In this document: positions 37,760 through 49,221 of the stretch, piece by piece
How positions within the stretch are numbered: position 1 is the first letter of the stretch
Layout of the letters: each line of letters begins with the position of its first letter
DNA from: a virus
Reading direction: 5' to 3' (one strand)
Length of the DNA stretch: 64,000 nucleotides
Virus record (IMG/VR): IMGVR_UViG_3300022818_000051
Location: 1-64,000 of that record
Notes under the pieces: model-generated
Databases searched by the model: none
Told to the model about the DNA's origin: nothing
What the model saw: only the letters and a program-made list of their open reading frames with translations
Program-made: the position numbers and the translations under genes

Positions 37760-40700
37760 TTATAAGTTAATGTAATAGTTACCACCTTCGAGCGTAATAA
37801 AATTCTCTGTTACCGACCCATCTGCTTTGAGATATTGAGATGATGTGCCTCCCGTCTTAATAAGACTACCTACTGCCACCGCACCGTTGAATGTTACAGC
37901 CTTGGTGCTGCCTGTAAAATATGCTATTGTATTCTGCTTCCCGTCACAAATGGCTAAATCACGGTATCTCGTAGCTCCATAATTGTACCCACGATAATTA
38001 ATATATCCAACTGCATCAGCATCCGTTGAATGGTTGAAACGGATTTCATCGCCTGACAGGGTAAGCTGTTGTACAAGAAAGTCCTGAGTTAATGAGCCTG
38101 CCAAAGCAGCATAAGTTGTATCATGGTTATGCGCTGCCGTTGCAAAAGCCGAACCGTCACCGATGTAGTAACCCATTCCTGTCCACGGTGTGCCAGTAAC
38201 AAAATAAGCCGCATTATGACCACCCAAATACTCAGCATTAAGGTTTGTGTTTAAAACTTTTGAGGTTATGGCAAAGGGTGAATCACCAGCGTCTGCCAAA
38301 GTTGAGGTGATTACCCCTGATGCTGCTATGGTTGTTGCGCCTGTTAAAGCTCCGACAATTGCCAAAGCCCCATTGAAAAACCCAGTACCGTTAATAGCCA
38401 GTTTATAGTTTGTGATTTCTGTGCCAGAAGAGTATCCAACACCAACATGACCAGTAGTTCCATCAAAAAATGCTATAACTCCCTGTTTCCCATCATAAAT
38501 CCCCAGACTACGAAATCTTGTAACACCGTAATTATACCCCCTGTAATTAATGTAACTGGTAGTGTTCGCATCAGTTGAGTGGCCAAAATTAATTTCATCG
38601 CCTGCCAAGGTTAGTTGTTGTACCAAAAAATCTTGTGTTAATGAGCCTGCCAAAGCTGCAAATACCCCTGAATAATCGTGGGTATGCGCATACGTAGCCG
38701 CTCCCCCTGCCGCACCTAATACCATGATGCCTTTTACCGATGCTGTGGCGTCTGGAACAGATTGTAGAGCCGTGCCTGCGAGTGTGCCCTGCGCTGCCGT
38801 TGCAAAAGCCGAACCATCACCGACATAGTATCCTACTGCCGTCCATGGTGTGCCTGTGACATATGTTGAATTGTCGTAACTTATCGTAGTTCCTGAAATC
38901 TTCACGAAACTTGTACCATTCAGTTCTGCCTGTTCAATGTAGTAATTACCGTTTTCAAATATAATTCCCGTTCCTATTATGCCTTGTGGATCATCCAGTG
39001 TTGCCTGCTCGATATAGTAATTACCGTTTTCAAATATAATCCCAGTTCCTGTTGTACCTTGCGTATTATCCAGTGCGGTCTGGAAATAGGAATCGGCGTG
39101 TCCATTTAAATATTGGGAATTAAAATTGTTTACCAATGTTGTACTTGCTACCGTAAGCGGTGCTGTTCCTGTTGCTACGGTTGATTGTAGGGTACTGGCT
39201 GCCAAAGTATTCGGAATTACAACCCTGCCATCTCCCCATACGGTCACTAAGTCTGTCTTGACGTTGCTATCCGCAAGATATACGACCATCTTTGATTCTG
39301 ATGCAAGGTATTTCCTTTCTGCATAAATGCCCATGCCTTGTGTCATCTCTTCGTACGCACGCAATTTAGTACCATCCCAAAAAGTACCAAAACCAAGGTA
39401 TGGTTTCAGCGCATCGCCCATGATTCCTGATGTCGTGCCGTATAAATCCAGAACGACATTAGGGTCTATAAGTTTAGCAACGAAGGAATAAGCATCTAAA
39501 TATTCTGATATTTTATTATTTTTTTCGATTATTGAAATTCCTGATGTCACACATTCAACGAATTGGATTGCAATACCGCCACCACCACCGGGAAAGGCGA
39601 TGAATGAATTATTTTCAATCACCCAATTATCGGAATATTTTGCAGTAAGAAGAGCGTGCAAGGCATATAATCCTGATGCCGTTGCTGTTGCGCCCACAAC
39701 CAATGGATCAATGTTAACGATAGTCAATGTATCATTGTCAACGATAGAGCTAATAGTTAAACTATCATTCCCAATTTGCAATAAATCACCCTCTGTACAT
39801 TCTGTCAAGAAGGCTGTTCCTGATCCTTCAATGGTAGTACTTCCGATTTGTGTTGCCACTCTGCCACTTAAGAAAATGGAATCACCAATTCCTTCCAGTT
39901 TTACACAATAAGATGCCACGCCCGGAGGGCACATATTGTAAAAAATATTATCTGTAACTTTAACATTAAACCCAAACGCCACGACCAACATTGCTGTATC
40001 TGTCGCATTTTTGAACGTATTGTTGCTAATAAATACGTTCCTGATGTACCCGTCTGTTTCTGGGTTTAGATACCCAACATACATACAGGCGTGAGCTTTC
40101 TGGTCAATAAAAAAGTTATTGGAAATCGTAATATCACCAGCATTATCGGTATCAATTTTTGCCGTGATGCCCGATTGTGTCGAGAGACATGATTCAAGTA
40201 GTGTCAGTTCCGTATCGCTTGTAATATAATCTATCGTTCCTTCGTCAGTACCGATATACATGTAATCGCCGACGTGACATTTATCAAGAAATGCCGGACT
40301 TGTCCCTGTAAGAAAATGTGTACCTGTTCCAAGAACAGTTTTTGATGCTGCGCTTGTTGCTACCGTACCCGCCAATGTGACCAATTCGTTTGACCCTACC
40401 ATCAAACATGGACTGTAAGACGATTCTACGATATTGCCGGAAATAATTAAGTCTTTACTTCGTGCAATCTGAATGGCCGCACGTGGTTCCAGCATCTCAT
40501 CACTCGTGGGGTCAGCATCGTATGTTGATTTACGGTGATTCTTTATGTAATTGTCCTGTATCGTTGCATTCCCACCTCGTGCGCAATATATTGAGTGACG
40601 GTTTGCATCAATAACAACATTATCATTTATTTTCGCATTAGAACATTTGGAAACATGTATACCATATCCGGTACCGGCCTCAACACCCATGACTGTTTCA

Positions 40701-43594
40701 ACATGATTACCGGAAATTGTTATATCCTCGCAAGTACCCCCTAAATCGGCACTGACAGATATTCCAATTGTGACACTTTTAATTACGCAATCTGTTATTT
40801 TAATATTTGTCAATGTCTGCCCTGAATCATTTGCAATTCCATAATGACCATGTATGCGTAAAGGATCACTATTGTCACAAAGGCCATCGCCCAAAATGTT
40901 CAGACGTGTCAGAATGATATTGTCACAAACACCGGAAAGTACGATATTTGCATGGTTAACAAGAGTGTCGAGCTTCTGTAAGGCGTTATTTCCGTCAAGA
41001 GTAAAATTTGTCTTGCCCTCGATTGTAAGTATGCCACGCAAATAGTAATTGATAGGAGTAGGGAAAAATACCGTCCCACCTCTTGATGAATCAATGGAAT
41101 CAATAGCGGCCTGAATTGCCACCGTGTCGTTAGTCGTGCCGTCTCCCTTTGCGCCAAAAGACACAACGTTGGCAACCGTTACTGGTGCTGCTCCTATGTC
41201 GCTAAGCACTTCAGCATAAGACCGTCCCTCCAATCCTGTTGCGGTGAATCTTGCATAATCACTGCTGCCCACACTCACGTCATCAATCTTTATGGCATTG
41301 ATATTTGCAATACCAAATGTCAAAGGAGATTGATAGGGGGCGTTTCTCGCCCTAACGTATGTCGCAAGCGCACGATTAATAACCTTTATTTCACCTTGCA
41401 GTAATGATACGGAATTTGTGTGCGAAATAGGTTTTACCGACACGGCAGTTGTCATAGTCGGCAATATCTTGTCTTTTACATACTCAAATTGCAGGGAGTT
41501 GATGTAGAAATTCTGCACCGATGGGTCAAGCACCCTCTCGTTTTTTACAGGCACAAGCACCCCTACCGCTATCTTGTTGTTCTCGGCGAATGTCTCACAA
41601 AATACAGGTGACAACTTTATTGCATATGTCGGATATTCATCATCAACTTTTGCCAGTTCGGCTGCCAGATAATCGTCCACCGACTGTTCAGCCGCATATA
41701 CATATGGCGTGAATGGCATGACAATATTGATGAAAAAGAAGTGGTCGCCAGCGTGCGGGTGAAATACGGTATTTGGCAGTTTCCATCCACTTGTATCAAG
41801 TTCAGCATCGGATTTATTAAGGGTGAGCTTCCATTCCGCACCACCTACTCCCGAATACGCAATCGCCACGACCGGGAATTCATAATCATCACCAGTCATG
41901 CCTATAACGTCTGACCACATAAGGGTAAGCACACCTGACCCTGTAGGAGGAAGAAGCGCATCCCATATGCGGTGCATATAGACAGCAGGAGTTTCGCCAA
42001 TGCCTTTTGATGAATCCCATATATTTTTTATCCACACGTCATATGTGGTTTTATATGGGGTGGTAACATCCATAAGGATTGTGCTAAGCGTTATGGTTGT
42101 ATCTATATCTCCAGAAACCGTAAGATTATGAATTGTAGAGTACATTCGCAGATAATAAGTTCCAGCAGCGAGGGTGTCAAATGAACTGTTATATACAATA
42201 TCACTATCATCACTGATGAGTCCGCTGCTAAATTGCAATTCATCCCCTATTTGTGTTCCGCCCTGCATCAGATAAACACTGATGGTCGTATGATAATTTA
42301 TATCAGAGGCGCGTTTACCCATTTCTTGTGTAATCCTGAATGATATTTTATCAAAGGGCGGGGCGAGGTAAAATTCCGCCGTAGATGAGTCTAATATTGC
42401 TGTCAGGTTATAAGTGGTTGTTGCGGAATCCACTATCGCAACAGTAGCGGTTAATGGCTGGGGGTTTTCAACATCACTCATAACCTCCTCTACCGCCACC
42501 GCATCATCTTCCCCTGACCCGATTATTGTCGGATATATATCGTCATTATTTTCCATTGACCCCTTTCGTATTCCCCACTTGGCAAGCTTATTCACAGCAG
42601 CTTCAACATAATCTATCGGATTAAATGTCAGTCCATTGGAAGAATCGGCATAACCCTTGTCGTACGCAGCGGTAGTATTTCCTGCGTTGTGTGGGGAAGC
42701 GGAATAATATTCCTTGTCATTCCATCCCTGCACATAATCCCTATATGATGCGGGCATAATATTCGTGTAGGGTATAAGCCGTGTATATACGTTATTGTCA
42801 GGGTCTTCGGGATAACCGTCACCTGTTGAAGTATTGAAATACCTGTAAGGTAGGTTTCTATCAGAACCCATACCAGACAGGCGGGTATATATGGCGGATA
42901 AAGGATTGACACGCTCAATGGAGACAAGTCCGCCCCATGAAGAATCTGCCGCCTTGCCGTATTCAAACTCATGGGTTATCACTACAGGATTTGCGCCGAC
43001 GGTGATAGTCATTATGCTCCCTATAAGACCAATTTTCCACCTAAGTCCGTAAAGTTCATATAGTTGTGATAGTACAGCCCACAATGTTGTGCGGGAAAAT
43101 GTAGTCAGCACAAAAGATGCGCCATCGTAAATGGTAGAATCGACATTCGATGCCCAAGAAGCGTCCAATACCATCACCCATGCACCTGCGCCAAAATTAT
43201 GTGTCAGGTTGTTATTATAGCGTGTTACAAATTCCCCGATGCTTGCGTTCATCTCGAAATCGTAGGATATTAGTTGATTCGCTCCTGATGCGCCAACGAA
43301 GTTTGCAAATTCGTATCTTTTCAAGTCTGCACGCTGCGACTCAAAAACCAAAGAATACTTATACTTCAGCGAACTGTCGTCTTTTACGGCTGATGGTTGC
43401 AGGGTCTTGTTGTAGAATTTTTCACCACGAAAATCCATATACCATGCAGTGGAAAACGATGGGTCTACCATTGCGGGTAACATCAGGTCACAAGTAATTG
43501 TAGCCTCGCCCATATCCTCTTCCTGATAGGAAAAGGCTTCTATATTGTAGAACGTTGCGCTGTTCGACGGGTCGTAGTATATTCGTCTGTTCAT
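37760..43594 (-). CDS. Large tail tip protein: hub-like N-terminus, pectate-lyase-like beta-helix (depolymerase), C-terminal fibre repeats
   Basis: Follows Dit/TMP; NVVSFGAKGDGTTNDTVAIQAAID; many I..N beta-helix turns; duplicated C-terminal modules. Confidence 0.85.
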   Translation of the reverse strand: MNRRIYYDPSNSATFYNIEAFSYQEEDMGEATITCDLMLPAMVDPSFSTAWYMDFRGEKFYNKTLQPSAVKDDSSLKYKYSLVFESQRADLKRYEFANFVGASGANQLISYDFEMNASIGEFVTRYNNNLTHNFGAGAWVMVLDASWASNVDSTIYDGASFVLTTFSRTTLWAVLSQLYELYGLRWKIGLIGSIMTITVGANPVVITHEFEYGKAADSSWGGLVSIERVNPLSAIYTRLSGMGSDRNLPYRYFNTSTGDGYPEDPDNNVYTRLIPYTNIMPASYRDYVQGWNDKEYYSASPHNAGNTTAAYDKGYADSSNGLTFNPIDYVEAAVNKLAKWGIRKGSMENNDDIYPTIIGSGEDDAVAVEEVMSDVENPQPLTATVAIVDSATTTYNLTAILDSSTAEFYLAPPFDKISFRITQEMGKRASDINYHTTISVYLMQGGTQIGDELQFSSGLISDDSDIVYNSSFDTLAAGTYYLRMYSTIHNLTVSGDIDTTITLSTILMDVTTPYKTTYDVWIKNIWDSSKGIGETPAVYMHRIWDALLPPTGSGVLTLMWSDVIGMTGDDYEFPVVAIAYSGVGGAEWKLTLNKSDAELDTSGWKLPNTVFHPHAGDHFFFINIVMPFTPYVYAAEQSVDDYLAAELAKVDDEYPTYAIKLSPVFCETFAENNKIAVGVLVPVKNERVLDPSVQNFYINSLQFEYVKDKILPTMTTAVSVKPISHTNSVSLLQGEIKVINRALATYVRARNAPYQSPLTFGIANINAIKIDDVSVGSSDYARFTATGLEGRSYAEVLSDIGAAPVTVANVVSFGAKGDGTTNDTVAIQAAIDSIDSSRGGTVFFPTPINYYLRGILTIEGKTNFTLDGNNALQKLDTLVNHANIVLSGVCDNIILTRLNILGDGLCDNSDPLRIHGHYGIANDSGQTLTNIKITDCVIKSVTIGISVSADLGGTCEDITISGNHVETVMGVEAGTGYGIHVSKCSNAKINDNVVIDANRHSIYCARGGNATIQDNYIKNHRKSTYDADPTSDEMLEPRAAIQIARSKDLIISGNIVESSYSPCLMVGSNELVTLAGTVATSAASKTVLGTGTHFLTGTSPAFLDKCHVGDYMYIGTDEGTIDYITSDTELTLLESCLSTQSGITAKIDTDNAGDITISNNFFIDQKAHACMYVGYLNPETDGYIRNVFISNNTFKNATDTAMLVVAFGFNVKVTDNIFYNMCPPGVASYCVKLEGIGDSIFLSGRVATQIGSTTIEGSGTAFLTECTEGDLLQIGNDSLTISSIVDNDTLTIVNIDPLVVGATATASGLYALHALLTAKYSDNWVIENNSFIAFPGGGGGIAIQFVECVTSGISIIEKNNKISEYLDAYSFVAKLIDPNVVLDLYGTTSGIMGDALKPYLGFGTFWDGTKLRAYEEMTQGMGIYAERKYLASESKMVVYLADSNVKTDLVTVWGDGRVVIPNTLAASTLQSTVATGTAPLTVASTTLVNNFNSQYLNGHADSYFQTALDNTQGTTGTGIIFENGNYYIEQATLDDPQGIIGTGIIFENGNYYIEQAELNGTSFVKISGTTISYDNSTYVTGTPWTAVGYYVGDGSAFATAAQGTLAGTALQSVPDATASVKGIMVLGAAGGAATYAHTHDYSGVFAALAGSLTQDFLVQQLTLAGDEINFGHSTDANTTSYINYRGYNYGVTRFRSLGIYDGKQGVIAFFDGTTGHVGVGYSSGTEITNYKLAINGTGFFNGALAIVGALTGATTIAASGVITSTLADAGDSPFAITSKVLNTNLNAEYLGGHNAAYFVTGTPWTGMGYYIGDGSAFATAAHNHDTTYAALAGSLTQDFLVQQLTLSGDEIRFNHSTDADAVGYINYRGYNYGATRYRDLAICDGKQNTIAYFTGSTKAVTFNGAVAVGSLIKTGGTSSQYLKADGSVTENFITLEGGNYYINL

Positions 43595-43630
43595 TGTTGT
43601 AAAGATACAAAATTATTATGAAACTACCAA

Positions 43631-44110
43631 TTATGTGCCATTATATGCCACCAATGTCGCTGGGTCTGCAACCTGTAATATTAGGTCGAAAATATACGCC
43701 CCCTTCTCTGCCTCTACAAGCTGCGGATAATTACCTGTTGCGGGAGATGTTTTTGCATAACCCGATACCTGTACACCTTTCCAGTGATTGTATATTGTTA
43801 TAACTTTCGCCTGCCGTAAATCGACACCCGACGACACCTCAAACAATGAATCATAAAAAGCATTGACGGAAGTATTCACCGTTGACAAATCGCCAGACTT
43901 CATTAGTGTCACCTTATAATCGAAAGGCTCTTTTGTCGTATATGGGTATATTTCCACCGCAGCATATTCTGGATAAGACTGCACTTCATACGGCTTGATA
44001 GGTGATATCACCAAATCGTCTGAATCGACAAGATATAGTCCCCAACTTGTTTCGGCGTCACATATCGAGCCGTCAGCAATTTTAATTGAAAGTTTACAAT
44101 TGCGTGCCAT
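43631..44110 (-). CDS. Putative distal tail protein (Dit)
   Basis: Size and position between tape measure and tail tip. Confidence 0.6.
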   Translation of the reverse strand: MARNCKLSIKIADGSICDAETSWGLYLVDSDDLVISPIKPYEVQSYPEYAAVEIYPYTTKEPFDYKVTLMKSGDLSTVNTSVNAFYDSLFEVSSGVDLRQAKVITIYNHWKGVQVSGYAKTSPATGNYPQLVEAEKGAYIFDLILQVADPATLVAYNGT

Positions 44111-44126
44111 ATTGTTTTACATTTTA

Positions 44127-47100
44127 TTAAATTAGTTGTACTCTCATAGATTTTGCACCAGTACCAGATAGGACGGATTTCATAACATTTACAGACTCGG
44201 CGGTATTTATAACTAACTGGTCGGTATTGGATTTTATTGCGTTCAATGCAGTTAATGCCTGATTCTGGATACCATATAAATCCGTCAGTGTAGTGGACAT
44301 ACCTTTTTGTAAGTTCGTTTGTTGAACCCACTGCATAAGTCCAGAATTTAGATATGCACCGAAAGTCTTTGCAGCGTCTTCGGACATGCCAGCAACGGAT
44401 TTGGACATGCCAGTGAGGGATGTATTGGTATCGAGAACAGAATAACCCGTGGCGTTTTCGAGGTCAGTAGCATCTTGTGCGTTTTTGGCATTTAGTGCCA
44501 ACCATTCTGCTCTTAACTCCGCTAATTGTCTCGCCCGCTCTTCGGGTGATAATTTAGCGGATGCTTTATTAAAGTTTGCAAACTTTACATACCACTCTCT
44601 CATATTTTCATCCACCATAAGCGCAAATGTAGCCTGAACCGCACCCTTCATTAACTGTTCAAAAGTGTCCGCAAAATCGGCTGCACTACGCTTTCCTGCC
44701 TTAAATCCATCTACAATACTTGATACAAGGGAGTCGTAGGTAGTGCCTGTGAATGCTTCACGCATATCCTCGCCCCATTTAAGAATCATATTGTCTATGT
44801 CGATTCCTTCGTCGTGAAGTATCTTTAATGTTTGGAAAAGCTCCTCGGCGCCTTTAGATAATCTTCCCTCCGCCGACGCTTCGGCAAGTTGGTTGTACCC
44901 GTTCTTTATGTCTTCTTCTGTCGGATTGGCTACGCCGGGGATTAGCGTTCGCCATATAGCAATTTGCGCTTCCTCGTTGGCCTTTTTTTGTTTGACCAAT
45001 TCCTCTCCTTCACGCTTATAATATCCGAGTTTAGCCTCACCAATTTTTATTGTCCATTCATATTCCTGTCTTAACTGTTCATTGTATGCAATTGCGGCAA
45101 GAAGCCGTTTCCTTTCAACTTCAATCTCTGCGTTACGACTTTGCACAACGGCGACAATGATACCTGCAATAACTGCGAGTGCTGCTATATATGGCAATAA
45201 TGGCGTAAGTGCTACCCATAAGGCTGCACCCATTGCGACAATCCCCGGAGTTGCAGCTGCTGCTGCCGTTCCTACGGCAACTTCCCCTGTGGCTTCTGCC
45301 GCCAGTAATGCCACCGACACCGTAGATGCTGCCACCGATGCTGCCTTTGCCGCATTCACCGCTTCGGTTATTGTCTTGTATGCCCCCATTGTGGAGTTGA
45401 CAACTTTTAGCGCATCCGACATTAGGGATACTCCTGTCTTGAATGCGGTGATGGCAGCCTGTGTTTCATCCGAGAACGTTACGCCAAATGCTTTTCCAAG
45501 ATTTTCCACCAAGGCTATTGAATCATCAATCGGCTGTATTATGGTTTGAAGCTGGGAATCCATATTTTTAACGGAGTCAATAATCTTATCCAGACCGCTC
45601 TTCATTTTATCCAGACCAGCATTAAATGCGTCAACATTTACACCAGTGTCGGCTGCCTCCTTCAGTCCTTCGTTATACTCCTGAAGTCCGTTGGCCAGTG
45701 CTAAGAATGGATTTTCCTGCTCTTGAATTGCTTTTATCTTCTTTAATTGTGCGGCGAAAAGCATCATCATTGCTGCGGAATTTTCCCCAGAATCTATCAT
45801 TCTTTGTAAATCCCCAGCCAATGCAGCGAGTGTTCCTCTGCCTACTCTCCCCATATCCTCAAAAGCGGCGGCGTATTTGGTAAGTTTTTGAAATTCCTTC
45901 CAGTTAAGGTTATCAATTTCTTCTTTGGTAAGTTTCTCCTCGTTGGCAAGTTTTGTATCATAGATATTGGCAATCTGTTGCATTTGTGTATTATACCACT
46001 CATCCCCTTTTTGCTGTTTTAGACTTGCTGCGTCTATTTCCATCTTCTTGCGTTCATCGGCTATCTTTGCATATGCTTTCGTGGCAGCCGAGGTGATTTT
46101 TGACATATCCAAATCAGCCCCAGTACCAGTCAGTATAAAATCTTCGCCCGACAATTCCGCAATCTTCTTCTCTAATTCCCCTGCCGACACTTCCGTCTCG
46201 GTCATGTAGTCAGATAACTTATTTAAAGCTGATTCTGCGGACTTGAATTCTTTGCCATTTGGGTCAAGTTTGCCTATCTCATTTCTCAAAGACTCCATGC
46301 TTATTGTCGGTGAATATGACAGATTGAGTTTAGCAAATATGTCTTTCACCTGTTTACGCAATTCGTCCTCTATGTTTTTCCCCGACATGTTCAGCCCAGT
46401 TATGGTCAAAGCCATCTCAGCCGATTTCTTTTCATCACCCGTTAATGCCAACATTTTTTCATAGACTTTCGTATAGCGTTCAATAAGGTCAATCTTATTG
46501 CCGTACATGTCGAGAATGTCTTTAAGGGCGTCCTGTTCGGCTTTTAATCCAGACTTATCTTCTTTTGACGAAATGCTTATACCTAACCCCGAAGCGAGTG
46601 CACGAAGTTGGCTTATTTTTGCTGTGATATTGTTTATTTCCGATGTCGGTGCGCCTGCCATATCTTTCTCTTGTTCACGCAAGGATTTATATGCACTGCG
46701 GAGGCGTTTGATATAATCGAAATAATCCTCTTCCTCCCCGACAGTAAAAGTGCCCTTGCCTTCGGTTATTTTGTCAACTGTAGCAACCCAATCCTCCGCA
46801 ACACCGCTAAGTTTTTGCAATTCTATCTCTGTTTTATGAAATAAATCCATTTGATTGAATTGCTTATAAAGCGCAAGTTGGTCTTTAAGTCGCTGGGTAC
46901 TTAACTCTTTAGACGCTATGGCGTATTTTTCTACCGATAAAGTCTCACGTAGTTTTTTATCCTGTATAGTGTATTCATCATTTATTGCCTTTAATTCCTT
47001 CTCATAGCCTTTTGTTGAACCATAGAGGGTGTTTACCTTTTCATTAAGGGCTTCGGTAGCGATGGCAAGGGACTGTGAAGGTGCAGTCATATCTTTAACC

Positions 47101-49205
47101 CCCTTAGAAATATCCCTAAGAACATTATTCGATAATCCAGCCCCAAAATCAATGCCAGCTTTTTTATATGAGTCTCCTAATGCTTTTTTAATAACAGAGC
47201 CTATATTTGTTTCCCCTCCTGCAAGTGCTTGCTTTATGTTTTCCAATATTCCACCAGCCGCACTTTCGGATAATTTTAATTTCTTTATATCTTGTAATGC
47301 TTTCAACGCCTTATCGTATCCGCCACTAATTTGGTCTGCAAATTTACCTTCTATCTTCTCAATCCCAGTGGTATAGGTTTTTGCACGTGCCTGCTCCATG
47401 ATGGCGACAGTAACACCCTTAATTGATGCAGCGATACTATCATATGATTGCGCAACCTTTAATTGTTCAGGTAAGAATGACCCATACCTGCGGTTTATTT
47501 CATCGACAGTATCGGCGTATTCCTGAGAACCCTGTTTTGCATTTTTCAACTTGGTCATCAGTCCATCCAGTGATGCCGCAGATACATCCGCACTTGCCTT
47601 AATTCTTGAAGCCGTTTCGCTAATCTCGGTATTCATTCGCTCAACTGCATTCCGATGAGAAACAATGGAATAAATTACTGCGGCGGCAGTCGTCAACGCT
47701 GTAATCCACCATGTAATAGGATTGGCAAGCATGGATGCCCTTAAAAGATAGAAAGTTCTGGTAAGCCCATTATTGGCACGAGATGCAAGAATTGTGGCAG
47801 CGGCAGAAGAGCGCAAAGCGATGGCTTCTCGCATGTGCCCAGCCGTAGACATGTTTACAGCACGGGCTTTTAACTGCTGGGCATTGGTTAATAATATCGT
47901 GGTTCTGGCAAAAAATGTTTCATGAACAGCGGCAGCACGAATCACCACATTGTATGCGATAATAGCGGCAACCAAAGGTGATACAACCGCTGTCACTGTA
48001 CGCCAATTTAGGGCAAGTTCACGTGCGACCTTTGCGGCGGTCATAAGGACGCCCCGATTTGCACGCCCCATCTCGTCTTCCATTATTTGTATGGCGTCGG
48101 TTAAGTTCATCCACATACCATAAAGTGTCTTGGCTTGCACTTCCTGCATATTAAAAAATGCACCGCCTGCCGAAGTCATATCCTCAAATACCTCTTTTAC
48201 CATTGTGAATGGAACGGCACGTTGCGATATAAGTTTAAACACTTGCCCTGTGGTGACGAGTTCTCCGTTTAATGCGGTGAATTTATCCGCAAGTAGCTGA
48301 ACCAGAGGTATCCCTGCTTCTGTAAATTGTCTGAGCTCTTGTCCGCGCAAAACCGAGGCCGCCTTAACCTGTCCATAAGCTAAAATTAACCTATCCATTC
48401 CGACACCTAATCCTGCCGAAATATCGGCAAGCATATTCATGGTAGAATATAGTTCTTCTGTCGGTACTTTAAATGCGGCGAGTTGTTTCGTAAATGTCGC
48501 CATATCCATCACGGTGAACGGAGACTTTACGGCTTTGGCTTTTATTTCGTCAAATAGCCTGCTGGCACGTTCGGCATCCTGTATGATTGCGCCCAGTGCA
48601 ACACGCTGAAGTTCATACTGCCCAGTAACGTCTCTAATATTTGTAACAAAACGTATTCCTCCCAGTATGGACAGGTATGAATTGACCATTTGCGGTAATC
48701 CATTTAATACACCCCTCTGTGCCTGATATGCCTTGTTCTGTGTATGGGTGGCGGCGATACCACGTGATTTGGCAGCGGTGAGTTGAAGTTCAGACCGAGT
48801 AGCAGCATTTGTGGCAGTAATTAATCTTTGCTCTGATGCCTGTAACGCTTTTTCTGATGCGGTTTTTTGATTATTGGCAGTAGCACCCCTTGTTCTCTCA
48901 TTGGTCAGCTTGGCCTCCGATTCTGCTGCGATTTGTGCAGCTTTGGCATTGGCGATAACCATTCTTGAATCGTATGCCCCTGTTTTGGCGTTTTTTACCC
49001 CGCCTACCCCAAAACTTTGCAACTGGGTAAGCGTGCTTTTTATGCTGTCTAACTGCGCCTTATTGATGTCAAGTTTGATATGGAATTTAGACCTATCAAT
49101 AATAGTTTGTATATTCTTCTCCCATGTCTTATTCCAATCTTGCTGAAACTGCGGTATATCCAGTTTCAGTTCAAACTGCAAATTATCTTTCTGTTCGTCG
49201 CCCAT
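44127..49205 (-). CDS. Tape measure protein
   Basis: 1692 aa, Ala-rich helical; tape-measure domain KSPF...LAYGQV.....L.GQELRQFTEAGIP. Confidence 0.93.
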   Translation of the reverse strand: MGDEQKDNLQFELKLDIPQFQQDWNKTWEKNIQTIIDRSKFHIKLDINKAQLDSIKSTLTQLQSFGVGGVKNAKTGAYDSRMVIANAKAAQIAAESEAKLTNERTRGATANNQKTASEKALQASEQRLITATNAATRSELQLTAAKSRGIAATHTQNKAYQAQRGVLNGLPQMVNSYLSILGGIRFVTNIRDVTGQYELQRVALGAIIQDAERASRLFDEIKAKAVKSPFTVMDMATFTKQLAAFKVPTEELYSTMNMLADISAGLGVGMDRLILAYGQVKAASVLRGQELRQFTEAGIPLVQLLADKFTALNGELVTTGQVFKLISQRAVPFTMVKEVFEDMTSAGGAFFNMQEVQAKTLYGMWMNLTDAIQIMEDEMGRANRGVLMTAAKVARELALNWRTVTAVVSPLVAAIIAYNVVIRAAAVHETFFARTTILLTNAQQLKARAVNMSTAGHMREAIALRSSAAATILASRANNGLTRTFYLLRASMLANPITWWITALTTAAAVIYSIVSHRNAVERMNTEISETASRIKASADVSAASLDGLMTKLKNAKQGSQEYADTVDEINRRYGSFLPEQLKVAQSYDSIAASIKGVTVAIMEQARAKTYTTGIEKIEGKFADQISGGYDKALKALQDIKKLKLSESAAGGILENIKQALAGGETNIGSVIKKALGDSYKKAGIDFGAGLSNNVLRDISKGVKDMTAPSQSLAIATEALNEKVNTLYGSTKGYEKELKAINDEYTIQDKKLRETLSVEKYAIASKELSTQRLKDQLALYKQFNQMDLFHKTEIELQKLSGVAEDWVATVDKITEGKGTFTVGEEEDYFDYIKRLRSAYKSLREQEKDMAGAPTSEINNITAKISQLRALASGLGISISSKEDKSGLKAEQDALKDILDMYGNKIDLIERYTKVYEKMLALTGDEKKSAEMALTITGLNMSGKNIEDELRKQVKDIFAKLNLSYSPTISMESLRNEIGKLDPNGKEFKSAESALNKLSDYMTETEVSAGELEKKIAELSGEDFILTGTGADLDMSKITSAATKAYAKIADERKKMEIDAASLKQQKGDEWYNTQMQQIANIYDTKLANEEKLTKEEIDNLNWKEFQKLTKYAAAFEDMGRVGRGTLAALAGDLQRMIDSGENSAAMMMLFAAQLKKIKAIQEQENPFLALANGLQEYNEGLKEAADTGVNVDAFNAGLDKMKSGLDKIIDSVKNMDSQLQTIIQPIDDSIALVENLGKAFGVTFSDETQAAITAFKTGVSLMSDALKVVNSTMGAYKTITEAVNAAKAASVAASTVSVALLAAEATGEVAVGTAAAAATPGIVAMGAALWVALTPLLPYIAALAVIAGIIVAVVQSRNAEIEVERKRLLAAIAYNEQLRQEYEWTIKIGEAKLGYYKREGEELVKQKKANEEAQIAIWRTLIPGVANPTEEDIKNGYNQLAEASAEGRLSKGAEELFQTLKILHDEGIDIDNMILKWGEDMREAFTGTTYDSLVSSIVDGFKAGKRSAADFADTFEQLMKGAVQATFALMVDENMREWYVKFANFNKASAKLSPEERARQLAELRAEWLALNAKNAQDATDLENATGYSVLDTNTSLTGMSKSVAGMSEDAAKTFGAYLNSGLMQWVQQTNLQKGMSTTLTDLYGIQNQALTALNAIKSNTDQLVINTAESVNVMKSVLSGTGAKSMRVQLI

Positions 49206-49221
49206 AGCCGTATCGTATTAT

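Noticed and set aside
44449-49146. Numerous plus-strand ORFs antisense to the tape measure and other late genes
   Set aside because: Shadow ORFs from codon bias of the real minus-strand genes; no motifs.
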